DNA from: Camelus ferus
Taxonomy: Eukaryota
Direction: 5' to 3'
Assembly (NCBI RefSeq): GCF_009834535.1
Contig: NC_045698.1
Location: 8,744,001-8,808,000, forward strand
DNA: 64,000 bases
In this document: positions 38,078-50,120 of the stretch, piece by piece
How the letters are laid out: each line of letters opens with the position of its first letter
How positions within the stretch are numbered: position 1 is the stretch's first letter
Program-made: the position numbers and the translations under genes
The notes under the pieces: model-generated
What the model was told of the DNA's origin: nothing
The model's database searches: none
The model's input: the letters and a program-made list of their open reading frames with translations, nothing else

Positions 38078-38234
38078 TATTTCTGATGGAGAGAAATACA
38101 CTGTGTATCATCTTTGACCACTTTGCACGAAGCTTTATGAACTTGCTTGCCAGTGGTTCAGACATCAGACTATAAACTGCCTGATATAATGTCTCTACAA
38201 TTAAGAGGGTTGTGGTGTATGTGTTGATTCCATC
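38078..38234 (-). other. Candidate spliced exon (157 bp), product unknown
   Basis: Acceptor ttttctttgcag|G and donor A|gtaagt on the minus strand; one open frame (DGINTYTTTLL...SIRN) that I do not recognise. Confidence 0.3.
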
Positions 38235-38374
38235 CTGCAAAGAAAATTCCTTTAACAAGTTATAATCTGTTGATTCAGTCAAGAAATGACACTTTCCAAT
38301 ATGATTCTGGAAATCTGATTTTTAAAGAAAGAATGTTCTAGTTATAATAATTCAGTGATGAATTATTTCATATC

Positions 38375-38830
38375 GAATATTACTTTCCTAGGGCTGTCAA
38401 AAAGTGTCACAAACTGGGTGGCTTAAAAACAACACAAATTTATTCTTTCAAAGCTCTGGAGGATGCAAGTTCTACTCAAGGTGTTGGCTGGTCCAGGCTG
38501 CATCCGTAGCTTTTAGGGGAAGATTGTTTCTTGCATCTTCCAGCTTTCGGTAGTCTGCATTCCTTGATCTCGGCAGCATGACTCAAATCACTGTTTCCGT
38601 CTTCACAGGCTCCTCTCCTGTGTGTGTGTGCCCTCACAAAGCATTCTTTAAATTTCCCTCTTGTAAGGGTACCATATTGGATAAAGGGCCCACTCTAACC
38701 AGTATGAACTCATCTTAATTTAGCTGATTATATCTGCTAGGACCCCTTCCTCAAACAAGGTTTCATTCTGAGGTACTTGGGGTTAGAATTTTAAGATATC
38801 CTTTGGGGGAGGGGACATAAATAAGCGATA
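38375..38830 (-). mobile_element. MaLR solo LTR, MLT1B/C-like
   Basis: cacaaactgggtggcttaaaaacaacacaaatttattc...cattctgaggtacttggggttag. Confidence 0.9.
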
Positions 38831-39194
38831 ATTAATGACTATCTAAAAATATTAAATAATGATTGCTAACTGCTGGGTATATGCAGATGGAGCTTCTGTT
38901 ACCATGCAAGTTTCACAAGAGTGGAAATAAATTGTTTATTTTTGTAAACTAGAAATTCATAACGTGTGAAAGTGTCTGCTCAGTTTAACTGGATAATGGT
39001 GTGCTCTGCACAGTTTGCAAGTAAAATTGCTCCATCGTATTCATCAACTCAGGAAAATTCACCTATAAAATTATCATCACCCAATGGTCAGTTAACTATT
39101 ATTCTTTACTAATGTGTTGTTTTTGTGTTCCTTAATTTGTTAAAATGAAATAAACTCAATGATTATCTGTATCACAGCATTATTTTAATGTGCC

Positions 39195-39452
39195 TTATGG
39201 AATACTCTCGAGGGCAAAAACAGAATTCTGGAGACAGACTGAATAATCTGGAATCCGGGCTCTGCCACTTACCAGGAATATGACCTTGGGCCATTTGTCT
39301 ATCATCTCTCTCCCTCCTTGTCTTTAACTGTACAAGAAGGATAGCTCCTTGATAAGATTGTTTTAAAATAAGGCCCATCTTCTAAATTATGTAAAAAAGA
39401 GTCTGACAAATAAGAAATTTCTTAATAAATATTTTCTATTGTGGTTATTATT
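39195..39452 (+). mobile_element. MIR SINE
   Basis: ggaatccgggctctgccacttaccaggaatatgaccttgggc. Confidence 0.85.
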
Positions 39453-39639
39453 GAAACATCCAATCCTTATTTAATATATGAAATAATTACTACCTTTTAG
39501 AGGAATAAAGCATAATTAATTATTCATAAAAGGAGACCTAGAACAATTTAGCTCCAACTTACATGCCTTTCAGCCAGTGCCATTCCTGCTGCCCCAGTTG
39601 GGATGGATGTTAGCTTGGAGAGCTTCCAGGTTTTTGTAT

Positions 39640-40485
39640 CCTGTCTGTTCCGTATCTTTTGTAAATATACAGCATAGTTTAATGAATGCAGTAATACCTT
39701 TATTCATTTATTATTGAAATTGGAAAACTTTCCATGACTTTACATTCTAAAATTTTGGAAATTAGAGTCCACAACATGGAATTAACATTGTATTTGGCAT
39801 TCTCTTACTGACAGGTATATGGGTGGCTTCCACTCTTACACATAAATCTGCTGTAAGAATCTCTGTGTGTGTCTCTTCAGGCACAGGTACACATTTTTAC
39901 TGTGGTAAATGTCTAGAAGCAAATTTTTCTGGGTTACAAATTATACGGCTTTTAATTTTGCAGACTCTGTTAAATTGCCTCTAAAATAGTTATTTATCTT
40001 TATGGTCTGATGTCTTTGCGGTGCCTGCTAATATTCATTTCCAAATATTCTCAGAGATGCTTCATATTCTCAACATTTTAATATTTGACAATTTTATGTC
40101 AGGATGTACTGCCATATTATTTTTATTTTAAATTACTCTAATGAAGTTAGGAATCACTTTCTACTTTAGTCATTGCATTGCTTCTTCTCTGAATTTCCTG
40201 GTTAAACACGTCACTGGTTTTTTCTACTGAGCTAACTCTTCTCTTTCTCTGATGTATAGTCTACGTCCCCCATCAAGGTGGTACATTTGTTGCAACTGAT
40301 GACCGTTAATAGCACATCCTACTCACCTCCATTGCTTATGTTCGAATTCACTCTTGGTGTTGTATGTTCTATGGGTTGGGACAAATGTATAAATGACATG
40401 TATCTACCACTGTAGTATTTATACAGAGTATTTTTGCTGCTCAAAAAATCTTCTGTGCTCTGCTTATTCATTCATCTTTTCCCAG
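39640..40485 (-). mobile_element. Old L1 fragments (L1ME-like, then an L1MC-like 3' UTR piece at about 40265-40485)
   Basis: gtggtacatttgttgcaactgatga...ttcactcttggtgttgtatgttctatgggtt. Confidence 0.65.
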
Positions 40486-41213
40486 ACATAGACTTTTAAA
40501 CAGTATAATTAATTTGTTCAAGAAATTGAAAAAAATCAGCAGAGAACTGGAAGTCATACAAAACATAAAATTTAAAATACATAACTAATACCTACAGTTT
40601 CTGAAATTAAGAATTCATTGGGTGAGTTTCACAACAGTTTAGACCTATTAAGACAGAATTAGTGCCTGAAAGTTAGTTTCAAAAAAAGTTTGAGATGGAA
40701 GTGCAGAGAGGAAAAATAATTGCAAAACGTGGAAAAGACTGTAAGAGACACATGGAATACAGGGAAAGTGCTAACCTATATGTAGTTGAAGTGACAAAAA
40801 ATAGAAGAGAGAGGGAATACTTGATGAAATGATTAGTAACATTTTTTTGAAAACAAGAGACAAAAGTCACAAAATCAAGCCAGTTAGAACCCAAATGTAA
40901 ATGATGCTTTAAAGCCACTCTGGGGCACATCAAAATGTAACTGTCAGAAACTGCCATATGGGATGTAAACTTAAAGCAGCCAGAATATAAAGAGAAAAAA
41001 AGGCTCCTTAAATGAGCTATAATAAAATTGAACACTGACATCTTAACTGAAACAAAGAAATCCAAAGACAGTGGAATGGTATCTTAAAAACACAAATTTG
41101 AAAAGACATATACATCCCAGTTTTCATAGTGGCATTATTTACAATAGCCAAGATGTGGAGGCAACCTAAAAGTGTCCAACAGCAGATGACTGGATAAAGA
41201 TGTTTTAGCTGTG

Positions 41214-41251
<38 letters not shown>

Positions 41252-42100
41252 GGGATGTTGATCAGCCATCAAAGAGTGAAATTTTGCCATTTGCAGTAAC
41301 ATGGATGGACCTGGAAGGTATTAAGCTTAGTGACTTAAGTCAGAGAGAGAAAGACAGATACTGCCGTTATATGTGGAATCTAAAAGATAAATAAATGAAT
41401 ATAACAGAACAGAAACAGACTCACAGATAAAGAGAACGAACTAGTCGTTACCAGTGGAGAGAGGGAAGAGGGGAGCGGCAAGACAGGGGTAAGGGACTAA
41501 GTGGTACAAACTATTACATAAGGTAAATAGGCTATAAAATATTTTGCACAACGTGGGAAATATAGCCAATATTTTATAACAACTTTTAATGAAGTATAAT
41601 CTATAAAATATTGAATCACTCTGCTGTACACCTGAAACTAATGTAATACTGTAGATTAACTATATTTCAATAAAAAAAATCATGTTCTACACTTGGAAAA
41701 AAAACCACTGAAGAAATACAAGTGCCAACCTTCTATACCTAGCAAAAAATGTATTTTAAATATGAAGGTCTAATGAAGATTCTTCAAAAAAGCAAACTCT
41801 GATACAATTGGTCACTACAAAAGCAAAATAGAAAAAGATAATCTTGACACATACAGTGTAGAAAATACAGTGGCAATAGGTAAATATATGGGATTCTAAC
41901 TGAATATAACTGCAGAAAGCAAAACCCAGAATGTCCAGTTTGGTTGAAATATTTATGGAATTAAAATATGCCTCAATGTTATGATGTGAGATGGCAGTGG
42001 ATGAGTTAAATTCTCCCTTTGTTCAGGAAGTAGTAAAGAAGAGGGATATAAATATTAGCCATCGACACACCAGGAGTTCAGTTTGTAATCTCTATGGCCA
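40486..42100 (+). mobile_element. Ancient L1/HAL1 ORF1 region, interrupted by a younger L1
   Basis: A-rich ORF1-like sequence (gaaattaagaattcattgggtgagtttcacaacagtttagac, gacagtggaatggtatctt) that resumes after 41705. Confidence 0.65.
41086..41704 (+). mobile_element. 5'-truncated L1 3' end with internal (CA)n at about 41215-41249
   Basis: ttcatagtggcattatttacaatagccaaga...tacacctgaaactaatgtaatactgtagattaactatatttcaataaaaaaaa; TT|AAAAA endonuclease site at 41084-41090. Confidence 0.92.
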
Positions 42101-42789
42101 TTGGTCATAGTGTCTATTCATTTTTAACTGAAATTTAATAAGAAATTCTGTTCCTTCCTCATACTTGCATTGCTTACAAATCAAAGATGTGCTGTAGGAA
42201 GGGCGGCCGTAGACCCACAGCCCATCCCTTCTTAAGCCACTTACTAGAGTTTGAACCTTCATCAGGCAAGGGGCTAAAGACTGAAGTGCGAAGCTTCTAA
42301 ATGTCAGAACTTAAGGAACAGAGATTCTTGAGAAATTCATCAAAAGCCCGAGAGAGCCGTGCATGAAGATCAAGGGTGAGCTGATACAGATGTGGGCTGA
42401 ATCCTAAGAGAAGTTCAGTTCTCTTTGGCCCCAGTACTTGGTTGAGTTGAAGTGATCCTCTCTTTACGTTTTCTACCTGAGAGGAGAGAGGAACTCTCTG
42501 GAGAAGTGTATCTAGAGTTTCATTTTTATTTCATAACAATGTTCAGCATAAAATAATAATTTACTAGACAGGCGAAGAGACAGAAAGAAAAACGTGATAG
42601 ATAATAGACAGAACACAGCAGAGCTTCAGAGACGTGGGAGGGGAAACTAGTCAAAGATCTGATGTTTATAAACTTGAAATCTCAGAAGAACAGGGAGAGA
42701 GAATGAGGAAGCAGAATTCTTTGATAAAATTAAGGCTGAGAATTTTCCTAAACTGAAGAAAGACATTAAACAAACAATATAATAAATAG

Positions 42790-43040
42790 ATATTGTGTTT
42801 TACGTTCATGCAGTGGGACATCGTACAGCAGTAATAATGCCACAATATGAATGAAGCTCACAAATATAATGTTGAACAAAAGAACCTGGATACAAAAGAA
42901 TGAATTGTGTGATTTTGTTATATAAATTTCAAAACCATAGAATACTAATTTATACTGTCAGAAGTCAGGACATTTGTCACCTCTGGGAGCAGGAAGTGGG
43001 TATTGATTGGGAAGGTACATTTTGGGGTTTTCTGGAGTAG
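42790..43040 (+). mobile_element. L1ME-type 3' UTR fragment
   Basis: atgaatgaagctcacaaatataatgttgaacaaaagaacctggatacaaaaga...agaagtcaggac. Confidence 0.75.
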
Positions 43041-43358
43041 GGTTTTAGTTGAATAATTTGCTGCCCTCTAAAATAAAAGGAGGATATTAGTAGCAAAAAA
43101 AAAAAAAAAAAAAAAAAGAAAAGGAAGAATGGATTTCAAATAGATAATGCTGCCTTAAACTTCTTGAAACCCAACCCCCTGAATGTACAAATAGCTCTCC
43201 ACCCACACTGTCCTTCTTGGACACTACTGCTATCTGTCTCTGTGATGTTCTTCCTGCCGCAGTAAGTCTAATAATGTTAACTTCAAGATGCCCATCCACC
43301 TACTCCTACACACAGAGATAAATCAAGGTATAAGTTTATATATGTGTCTATATGGATA

Positions 43359-43868
43359 TGTCACATGAAAAAAAGACACAGCCTAAAAGTTGAGGTTTAT
43401 GTTTTATTTGGTGGACTTCCTGGGGACTTACTTGAGCCTGGGAGACAGCCTCTCAGATGATTCTGAGGGGCTGCTCTGAAGACGTAGGGGAGGAGCCAGG
43501 ATGTATAGGATTTTTGCAACAAAGACCAGGTAGTCAGAATATCAAAAGATTCCTGTTAATTAAGTAATACCAGACATCTCAAGTTAAGGAATTTAGTGCT
43601 CTCCTCTGTATGGGAAGGAGCAAAAGTCTATGCTCGTTGGAATCATTCCTTTCACGTGCACCTGGGTGTCTGGGGCCAGTGTCCTGTTCTTTCTGGTGCC
43701 GAGTCCCCTCAGGGGACACCGCTGGGGGTGGCTGCAGAGGCCAGGCTTCCTGCTTGTCTCCATGCTGAATTCCCTCCCGTCCTCCCGGGGGCAAATGTAG
43801 TGGCTGATGACTTCATGGCCCTAGTATCCTTTGTTTACTGAAATGGCAGGCAACGTTTTTCATTCACA
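43359..43868 (-). mobile_element. MER41-like ERV1 solo LTR (cetartiodactyl MER41 group)
   Basis: TG...CA ends, near-TSD GATA/GGTA; cacagcctaaaagttgag...gttttatttgg...gcctgggagacagcctctcagatgattctgag resembles bovine and porcine MER41 LTRs. AATAAA lies on the minus strand. Confidence 0.75.
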
Positions 43869-43987
43869 GGTATTATTTCAGTGGTCTTTTTGGTAATTCA
43901 CTAATCAAAAGCCCTATTTTCTGGATCGGAGGCTCATATTAGCAGCCCATTAATAGGCTTCTATATGCAAAGTATACACGTGTTTTA

Positions 43988-44188
43988 TTTTATTTTATTT
44001 TATTTTATTTTATTTTTTTATTGAACTATAGTCAGTGTATACTGTTGTGTCAGTTTCAGGTGTACAGCATAATGTTTCAGTCATACACATACATACACGT
44101 ATTCATTTTCATATTCTTTTTCATTACTTGCAGATTATTACAAGATACTGAATATGGTTCCCGGTGCTAGACAGAAGCAGCGTTGTTT
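43988..44188 (-). mobile_element. Short 5'-truncated L1 3' end with a (TTTTA)n tail
   Basis: tttttattgaactatagtcagtgtatactgttgtgtcagtttcaggtgtacagcataatg. TSD TACACGTGTTTTA at 43975-43987 versus TACACGCATTTTA at 44189-44201. Confidence 0.9.
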
Positions 44189-46582
44189 TACACGCATTTT
44201 AGACAGTCCCTTTCTTGAACATGTCCAAGAAATCTAAGAGCTTGTGCTGTACCCGCATTCATTTCACCCTGAAAAATCAAAAACTGATGAAGTTCACGGA
44301 CAACATAAACGTCTTAAGAATCTTAAGGGATTGTTGTGTCGAGGGTAGACCTTTCCTTGAAAGCAGGGGAGGGTTTGTATAGATTCACTTGGAGAAGGGC
44401 ACTGACGTCCCCTCGTGACTCTCCTTTTGCTCACGTGCTGTCACTTTGCTGGTATGGAAGCGGGGCTTGATGAGGCTTTCCTATTCTTCGGAAGCCCTGA
44501 ACGCATGATGGCATGGGGATTGGGAGAGTAGTCTGTCCCAAAAGGAGGCAAAGACAGCCTGCTTAGCTCTTAAATTAAAACGAAGAGAAGGCATTTGATG
44601 CTCACACATGGTCCAGGCTATTGATTAACGAGATGCCTAGGCTGCTTGCTAATAAAACTCTCCCTTCCTGGAGGTGTTTTTTTTTACCAACAGCCTTGTG
44701 ACCTGAGCAAGACTAAGAATTCTTGGTCAGAGCCACTGACTCAGAGGAGCGGCCCTGAAGCTTTGAATCATTCGTGTGACGTGCCAGTCACCTGACAAGT
44801 CATGGCAAGTTAGACGTGAACTTTCAAATCATTAAATTATTCAAGTGTGGGAAATTATAAGTTCTTAAATTACCAACCGATCCAAATATTTTTTTCTGCT
44901 AAGAGGAACATTTCTGCATTAAAGGGTCATTACTTCCTAGAGTCACACAGTGTTATCTTTAGCAGATACTCATCCAGACTTGTACGTGTTCACAGGAGTC
45001 ATTCGGAAGTCCCAGATTTCAGCAGCTATTACACAGATGAAGTAAATATAAACCAACACAGAAACAGGCAGTCACAGTGGGCCTCCTGTTGGAGCATAGT
45101 TTATCACAACTAAAATAGTGATTATCGGTAGAGCTGACAATTCCAATTAGCTAACAAAATATATCAGGAGAAACACCTTAACACCTGTAAGATTGTTGTG
45201 TGTTGAGCATCATAAAATTCAGCATATTCCTTTGAATTACTAACTGGGAACTTCTAAAACTAGACGGTGATGTCATATTTATTCAAAATTTCTGTCATTT
45301 GGATTTTCAAAACTGTTTTAAAACCTAGGTGTTAAGTCTTCATGGATATTACACATTATGCATTTTGTTCTTTCTAATCTGATTGAATTTCTGGAAGACT
45401 GTGACATCTTTTGACTTATTGCAAAACAAATAAGGCAACGGTAAAAATGAGCTTCGTGTTGTTTTGAATCTCCTTGCAGATCAGAGCTCGAGCTCACAGG
45501 CATCCATAACCTGAATATAAAGATGTTTTGATAAACTATTGCATGTAATTCTTAGAATAATGAAAAAAAATTTAATAATTAATGCAAAGTTAAAATATAA
45601 GTCATTATGACTATGTAATGCTTATAACTGGGGCTTTCTCTCACTAAAGTGGGATATTTAGAAGAATGTAAATGATATGTGGCCACATTCAATTAGCACA
45701 GTTTCCACAAAGTGATGATAATGATGATAATTACAAGATACGGTTTCCTTGGCTACTACACAGGGTGTAGAAGGTCTCAGACTAAGCCCAGGTGGTCAGT
45801 GGGGCTAAAAGTCGTGGCACAATCTGCAGAGCAGACCAGGGAGCTTAGTTCAAGGTTGCATCAGCCTGGAAATTGTAGAAGTGGCACCAAGGGTGAGTAT
45901 TAGCTAGCCCATCAATGGGTGATTGATGATGAATTAGAGCAGGAAGTGAGTTTATTACTATAATTTAAGGAGTAATGGGAGGCATCAGAAGGTTTTTTTA
46001 TTATACTCTCTAAAATACTTCCCTTTAATTTGTTTATTAAAGAAACAATGTCCTAAAATATATGATATGCATTGAGGGACATATTATTGAATACTGAATG
46101 GTCTCTCTCCTCAAATAAATGACAGTCCAGCTAAGATAGCAGATTATTTTTTTCAGTTTCAGTGAATGTTGCCTGTGAAGGTATAAACTCAGGGCTTGGG
46201 GAGTACACAGCAGGAAGAAAACCCTCTGAAAGCTGCAGAAATACCAGAAGGCAGCACATGGAACAGGAGTGTTGAGAGATATAAGATACAGCATTAAGGG
46301 AGAGGTCTTTTGAAATATGCAGAAAGAGTCAAACCTGGGTCTGGTGGTAAGCAGAGGGCTGATGTCCACTGGAGAAAGACTGATTGGTGCTCCTGGTAGG
46401 TGGTAATTGTTGGAGCAAGATCGGCTCTAGGCAGGGACTGGGTAAATTTTACAGTTAGACATTCATTATAGTAGATAAATTCCCTCTTTTAAAATGCAAA
46501 GGTAGGCACTAGTTAAGCACACAATAAGTCAGATTTCTTAATAGCAGATAAGCTAAATGAAACTCAAGCACATGGTACTAAA

Positions 46583-46712
46583 AGCAATTCTTCTCAACCC
46601 TGTGTGACATTACCCTCCAGGAGACATTTGCAAATGACTGGAGACATGTTGTTTGTCACAACTGGAGAAGGGACACTCTTGGCATCTACTGGGTAGAGGC
46701 TGAGGATGATCC
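46583..46712 (+). mobile_element. MER20 (hAT-Charlie), partial
   Basis: ttctcaacc...gagacatttgcaaatgactggagacat...gtcacaactgg...ggcatctactgggtagaggc. Confidence 0.85.
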
Positions 46713-48859
46713 TGTTTCCTTAATTTAGCAAAATCCTGGTGAGATGTTTCCATGAGTTCTGTGATGTCTTATTCTTTTAAAGGAACTGTTCTTCAGCTCC
46801 TAGAGATTACTTGTAACTTTTCTGAATTTGTAATCATTATGCAAAAAGCCCTTAACATTTAGATAAGATATTCAGTAACTGCTTAATGGTGACTACACAC
46901 ATACTTCTGTTTTTGACTCTGATTCATCATCTCCTGATCGATTTTTTTTTATATATAATTGAAGTACAAACATTCCTCTGATTTCAGTGTTAACCAATAA
47001 TACACCTCTGGGCTTTGAAAAATGTGCATGCCAGTGATCTCTTTGCCTCTCTGTAATATTGCTGCCAATTCCTGGTGACTAAACTCAAGTCCACCAGGTA
47101 GTTTATGCTTCTAAACTGATGCCAAAGCCCCCAAAAGTTATTGTGATTAATACAATTTAATTAATTAGTTGAGCCAGGCACACAGATCTAAAACTGAGCA
47201 TAGATAGAAAAACAAATTAGGTTATTTTAAAATAATGAATAAATTGTACTCTAAAAGTTTACATTTATTTTGGATTAAGAATGTCTCTTGTCAGGGGAAC
47301 AATTTTGGGAATGAAGGTTAAGGTCATTTTCAAGGAATATTTATGGCGTAAGGGGAACGGTCTCTAGATCTAGAAAGAGTTCTCCTAGTCTCTTGGGCCT
47401 GAATCCTTACTCTGCCAAGCATTGCACCCCCAAAATTTTGGTAAAACTTTATTTTAACCCAAATGATAAGTTGATTATCTAGGAAAAAGCCTGCAGTGTA
47501 TATGGTAAACTAGAATAGATCAGAAAAACCATTTCAGTTACATCAGTTTTGAATACAACCCCAACGTGGCAGAAGTAGTAAGAGAGATTGTCATTTAAAA
47601 AAGGAAAGGTATAAAAAAGTTAGTGTGGACCACTCAGCTGGAGGTTGATGTGTCAGATATGATCATTCTGGTTACTGTAATGAGATCAATGGTTAGAAAA
47701 TAGTCATGCTTGGGAAAATTCTGGAATCTATCATAAAGCTGATAATGGCGGACCTCAAGAGTCTGAGACTACCAGACAGTAGTTGCTGAGAATTTAGAAG
47801 CAAAAATATTTAGATGTAGGTATTAAGTATATGATAATACTGTTACTATACATTAGCTCAATATTTGCTTATTGGACCTGTTATTCATTATAGAAGAAAG
47901 TCTACCATTAAATTTAGGTGGAGTAAGTAATGGATCTTTAAAATTTACATTTGAGCTAACTCTGCAGTCCTGTGCTCTGTACATCTAATCATTTTCTTTA
48001 TATTTGGACAACATACATGTTATATAAATGTCAATAAATTATATTTAATATCTCTCTCCATTTAAGTCAAATACATGCTGAAGTGACTATCCTATGCATT
48101 GACAGTTTGGTTGTTACATGTCCTTTATACCAGGGAAGCTACAGCTGACAGTGAAATTCTCAGATAAAACTTTAAAATGTTTAGATGAAACTAACACACA
48201 ACCACACGCATGTGCGTGCTCGCTACACAGCACAGGCACACTGAGGAGCCAGAGGAAAGTCAGATCATCAACATGCTCAAACCCCATTCCTTCCTTGTCA
48301 GACACCCTTCAATAACTTGGATATTTTCCTAGGTTAATTGTTCTGTCACTGGGGACTTCGGTTATAATTAGCTGGAAGGCACAGGTGGATGACTCATATT
48401 TAATTAAAATAATTAAATTATCAAAAATGACTAGAATTTGTAATAAAAAAGCTAAAAAAGCATACATTTTAATTTATTTCATTTTATTTGAAGAAATGTC
48501 AGTACCTTTCATTTGGAAGAAGACTTGAATAGGGATAAAAGTGTTGACATAAATAATACAAGGTTCTGCTTAAATTTCTTTCATAAATAAGATAAAGAAG
48601 AGTAGAAAACAAACACGATCTAGTGGCCAAGGAAGAACAGTGAACCAAAGGGCTGCTAGAAGTCAGCCTGGTGGGTCAAGGGCATCTTTTAAACCTGCAG
48701 TTTATGGTGATGTAGGTTGATCTCGCTAATTTATTGAAAACAGGATAGATTCTTGTTATGAATTATAAGTAAAAGGCTTTGTTTTACTCTACCCCAAAGT
48801 AATATTAACTAGAAAGCACATATGCTAGATTAGTCAACATGTTTGCTGTAAGAAATCTG

Positions 48860-49730
48860 AAAAGAAGCTGCAGAGAGAAAGACATGGTATCTTCGAAGAA
48901 ACAACAGGAAGGAGACAACTGATGTCCGTACAGAAGTCCGGGAAGCTAAAGAATGCAGAATGCCATCTACAAAGGGTGAAAACCAGGCATCTGTCAACTT
49001 CAAATTCCAAAGGCATCAAAATATCATTCAAATAGGAAAGATAAAAAAAGACATTTTCAGGAAGATAAAATCGAAGAGAATTTGTTATTAGCAGAGCTTT
49101 ATTAAATAAATATGTTTTTAATGGAGAAAGGTAATAATACTGGATGGGAAGTTGAAGATGCATATTTGAAAGAAGAGCATGGGAGATGGCAAAGGTATCA
49201 ATAACAAGTGAATATTTTCTGTTAGAAACGATGTTGATAATGACTTGTGGAGTTAAAGTAAAGAGAATTAAATTGCATGACAAAAGTCAGTTGTGAGTCA
49301 AGAGGACAAATGAAATTAAACTGGTTGACGATAGTGATCAGGCAATGGCCTGCGGTGGGAAGTAGTCAAAGTACTAAACTGACAAGGCAAGGATGTCTGT
49401 TATAATTTCTGAGTAGTCACTTAAAAGCATAGTAAATGAGTCTTGTAACCTCATACACTTTATAAATCCACCAAGCCAACAGGAGAGTAAAATAGAATGA
49501 CGAAAAACAATCAAACCAAGAGAAGTCAAAGAACAGAGAACCGAATAAGGAACGCAGGACTAAGAGAAAGGGAGGTGAATTTATTTCCAAATAAGAAGTT
49601 AGTTAAATACAAATGGACCAGATGCCCTAATTGTCCTAAAGGACAATCTTATCAGCTTGGAGGCGTGCATCTAGAATGTAGAGAGTAAGACATTTGAAAA
49701 TACCAAACAGCACAGATCGAGACATTAACA
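48860..49730 (+). mobile_element. Ancient L1 ORF1-end / inter-ORF remnant
   Basis: ctgtcaacttcaaattcc...aaaatatcattcaaa...aaagacattttcag...gagaatttgttattagcagagc. Confidence 0.7.
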
Positions 49731-49899
49731 GGATTGCACTGACATAAATCTCCTCAGAGCACTAACTAAAGGACATGGACCCACATATTTCTAAAATTTG
49801 CCCAAAAAGCATTAGGTGAACTTCCACTGTACACTTTCTCCAAAAGTACAGAGTATGAACAATTACATGTAACATTCTAGATCTAAATCTACAGCAGTT

Positions 49900-50120
49900 T
49901 ACGAGAAATATCAACTTTCATCTTCCATTTGAATTCAATATTTTCAGGCTGAATTATTCTCCCCTCCCAATTTCTCATCTGGCTCCTATCACATTCTCTG
50001 TATCATTTAACAGCGTCATTCACCCAGTACCCAAAGCTAGAAACTTGAGTGCAACAACAAATACTTCTTTTTACCTCCAGCCTCGTCACTCCCTCAAAAC
50101 CATTTCTAACGACTCTTCAG
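49900..50120 (+). mobile_element. L2 fragment
   Basis: cattcacccagtacccaaagctagaaacttgag. Confidence 0.6.

Noticed and set aside
48834..49283. 149-aa minus-strand ORF (also 40679-41065)
   Set aside because: Antisense to A-rich ancient L1 ORF1 sequence.
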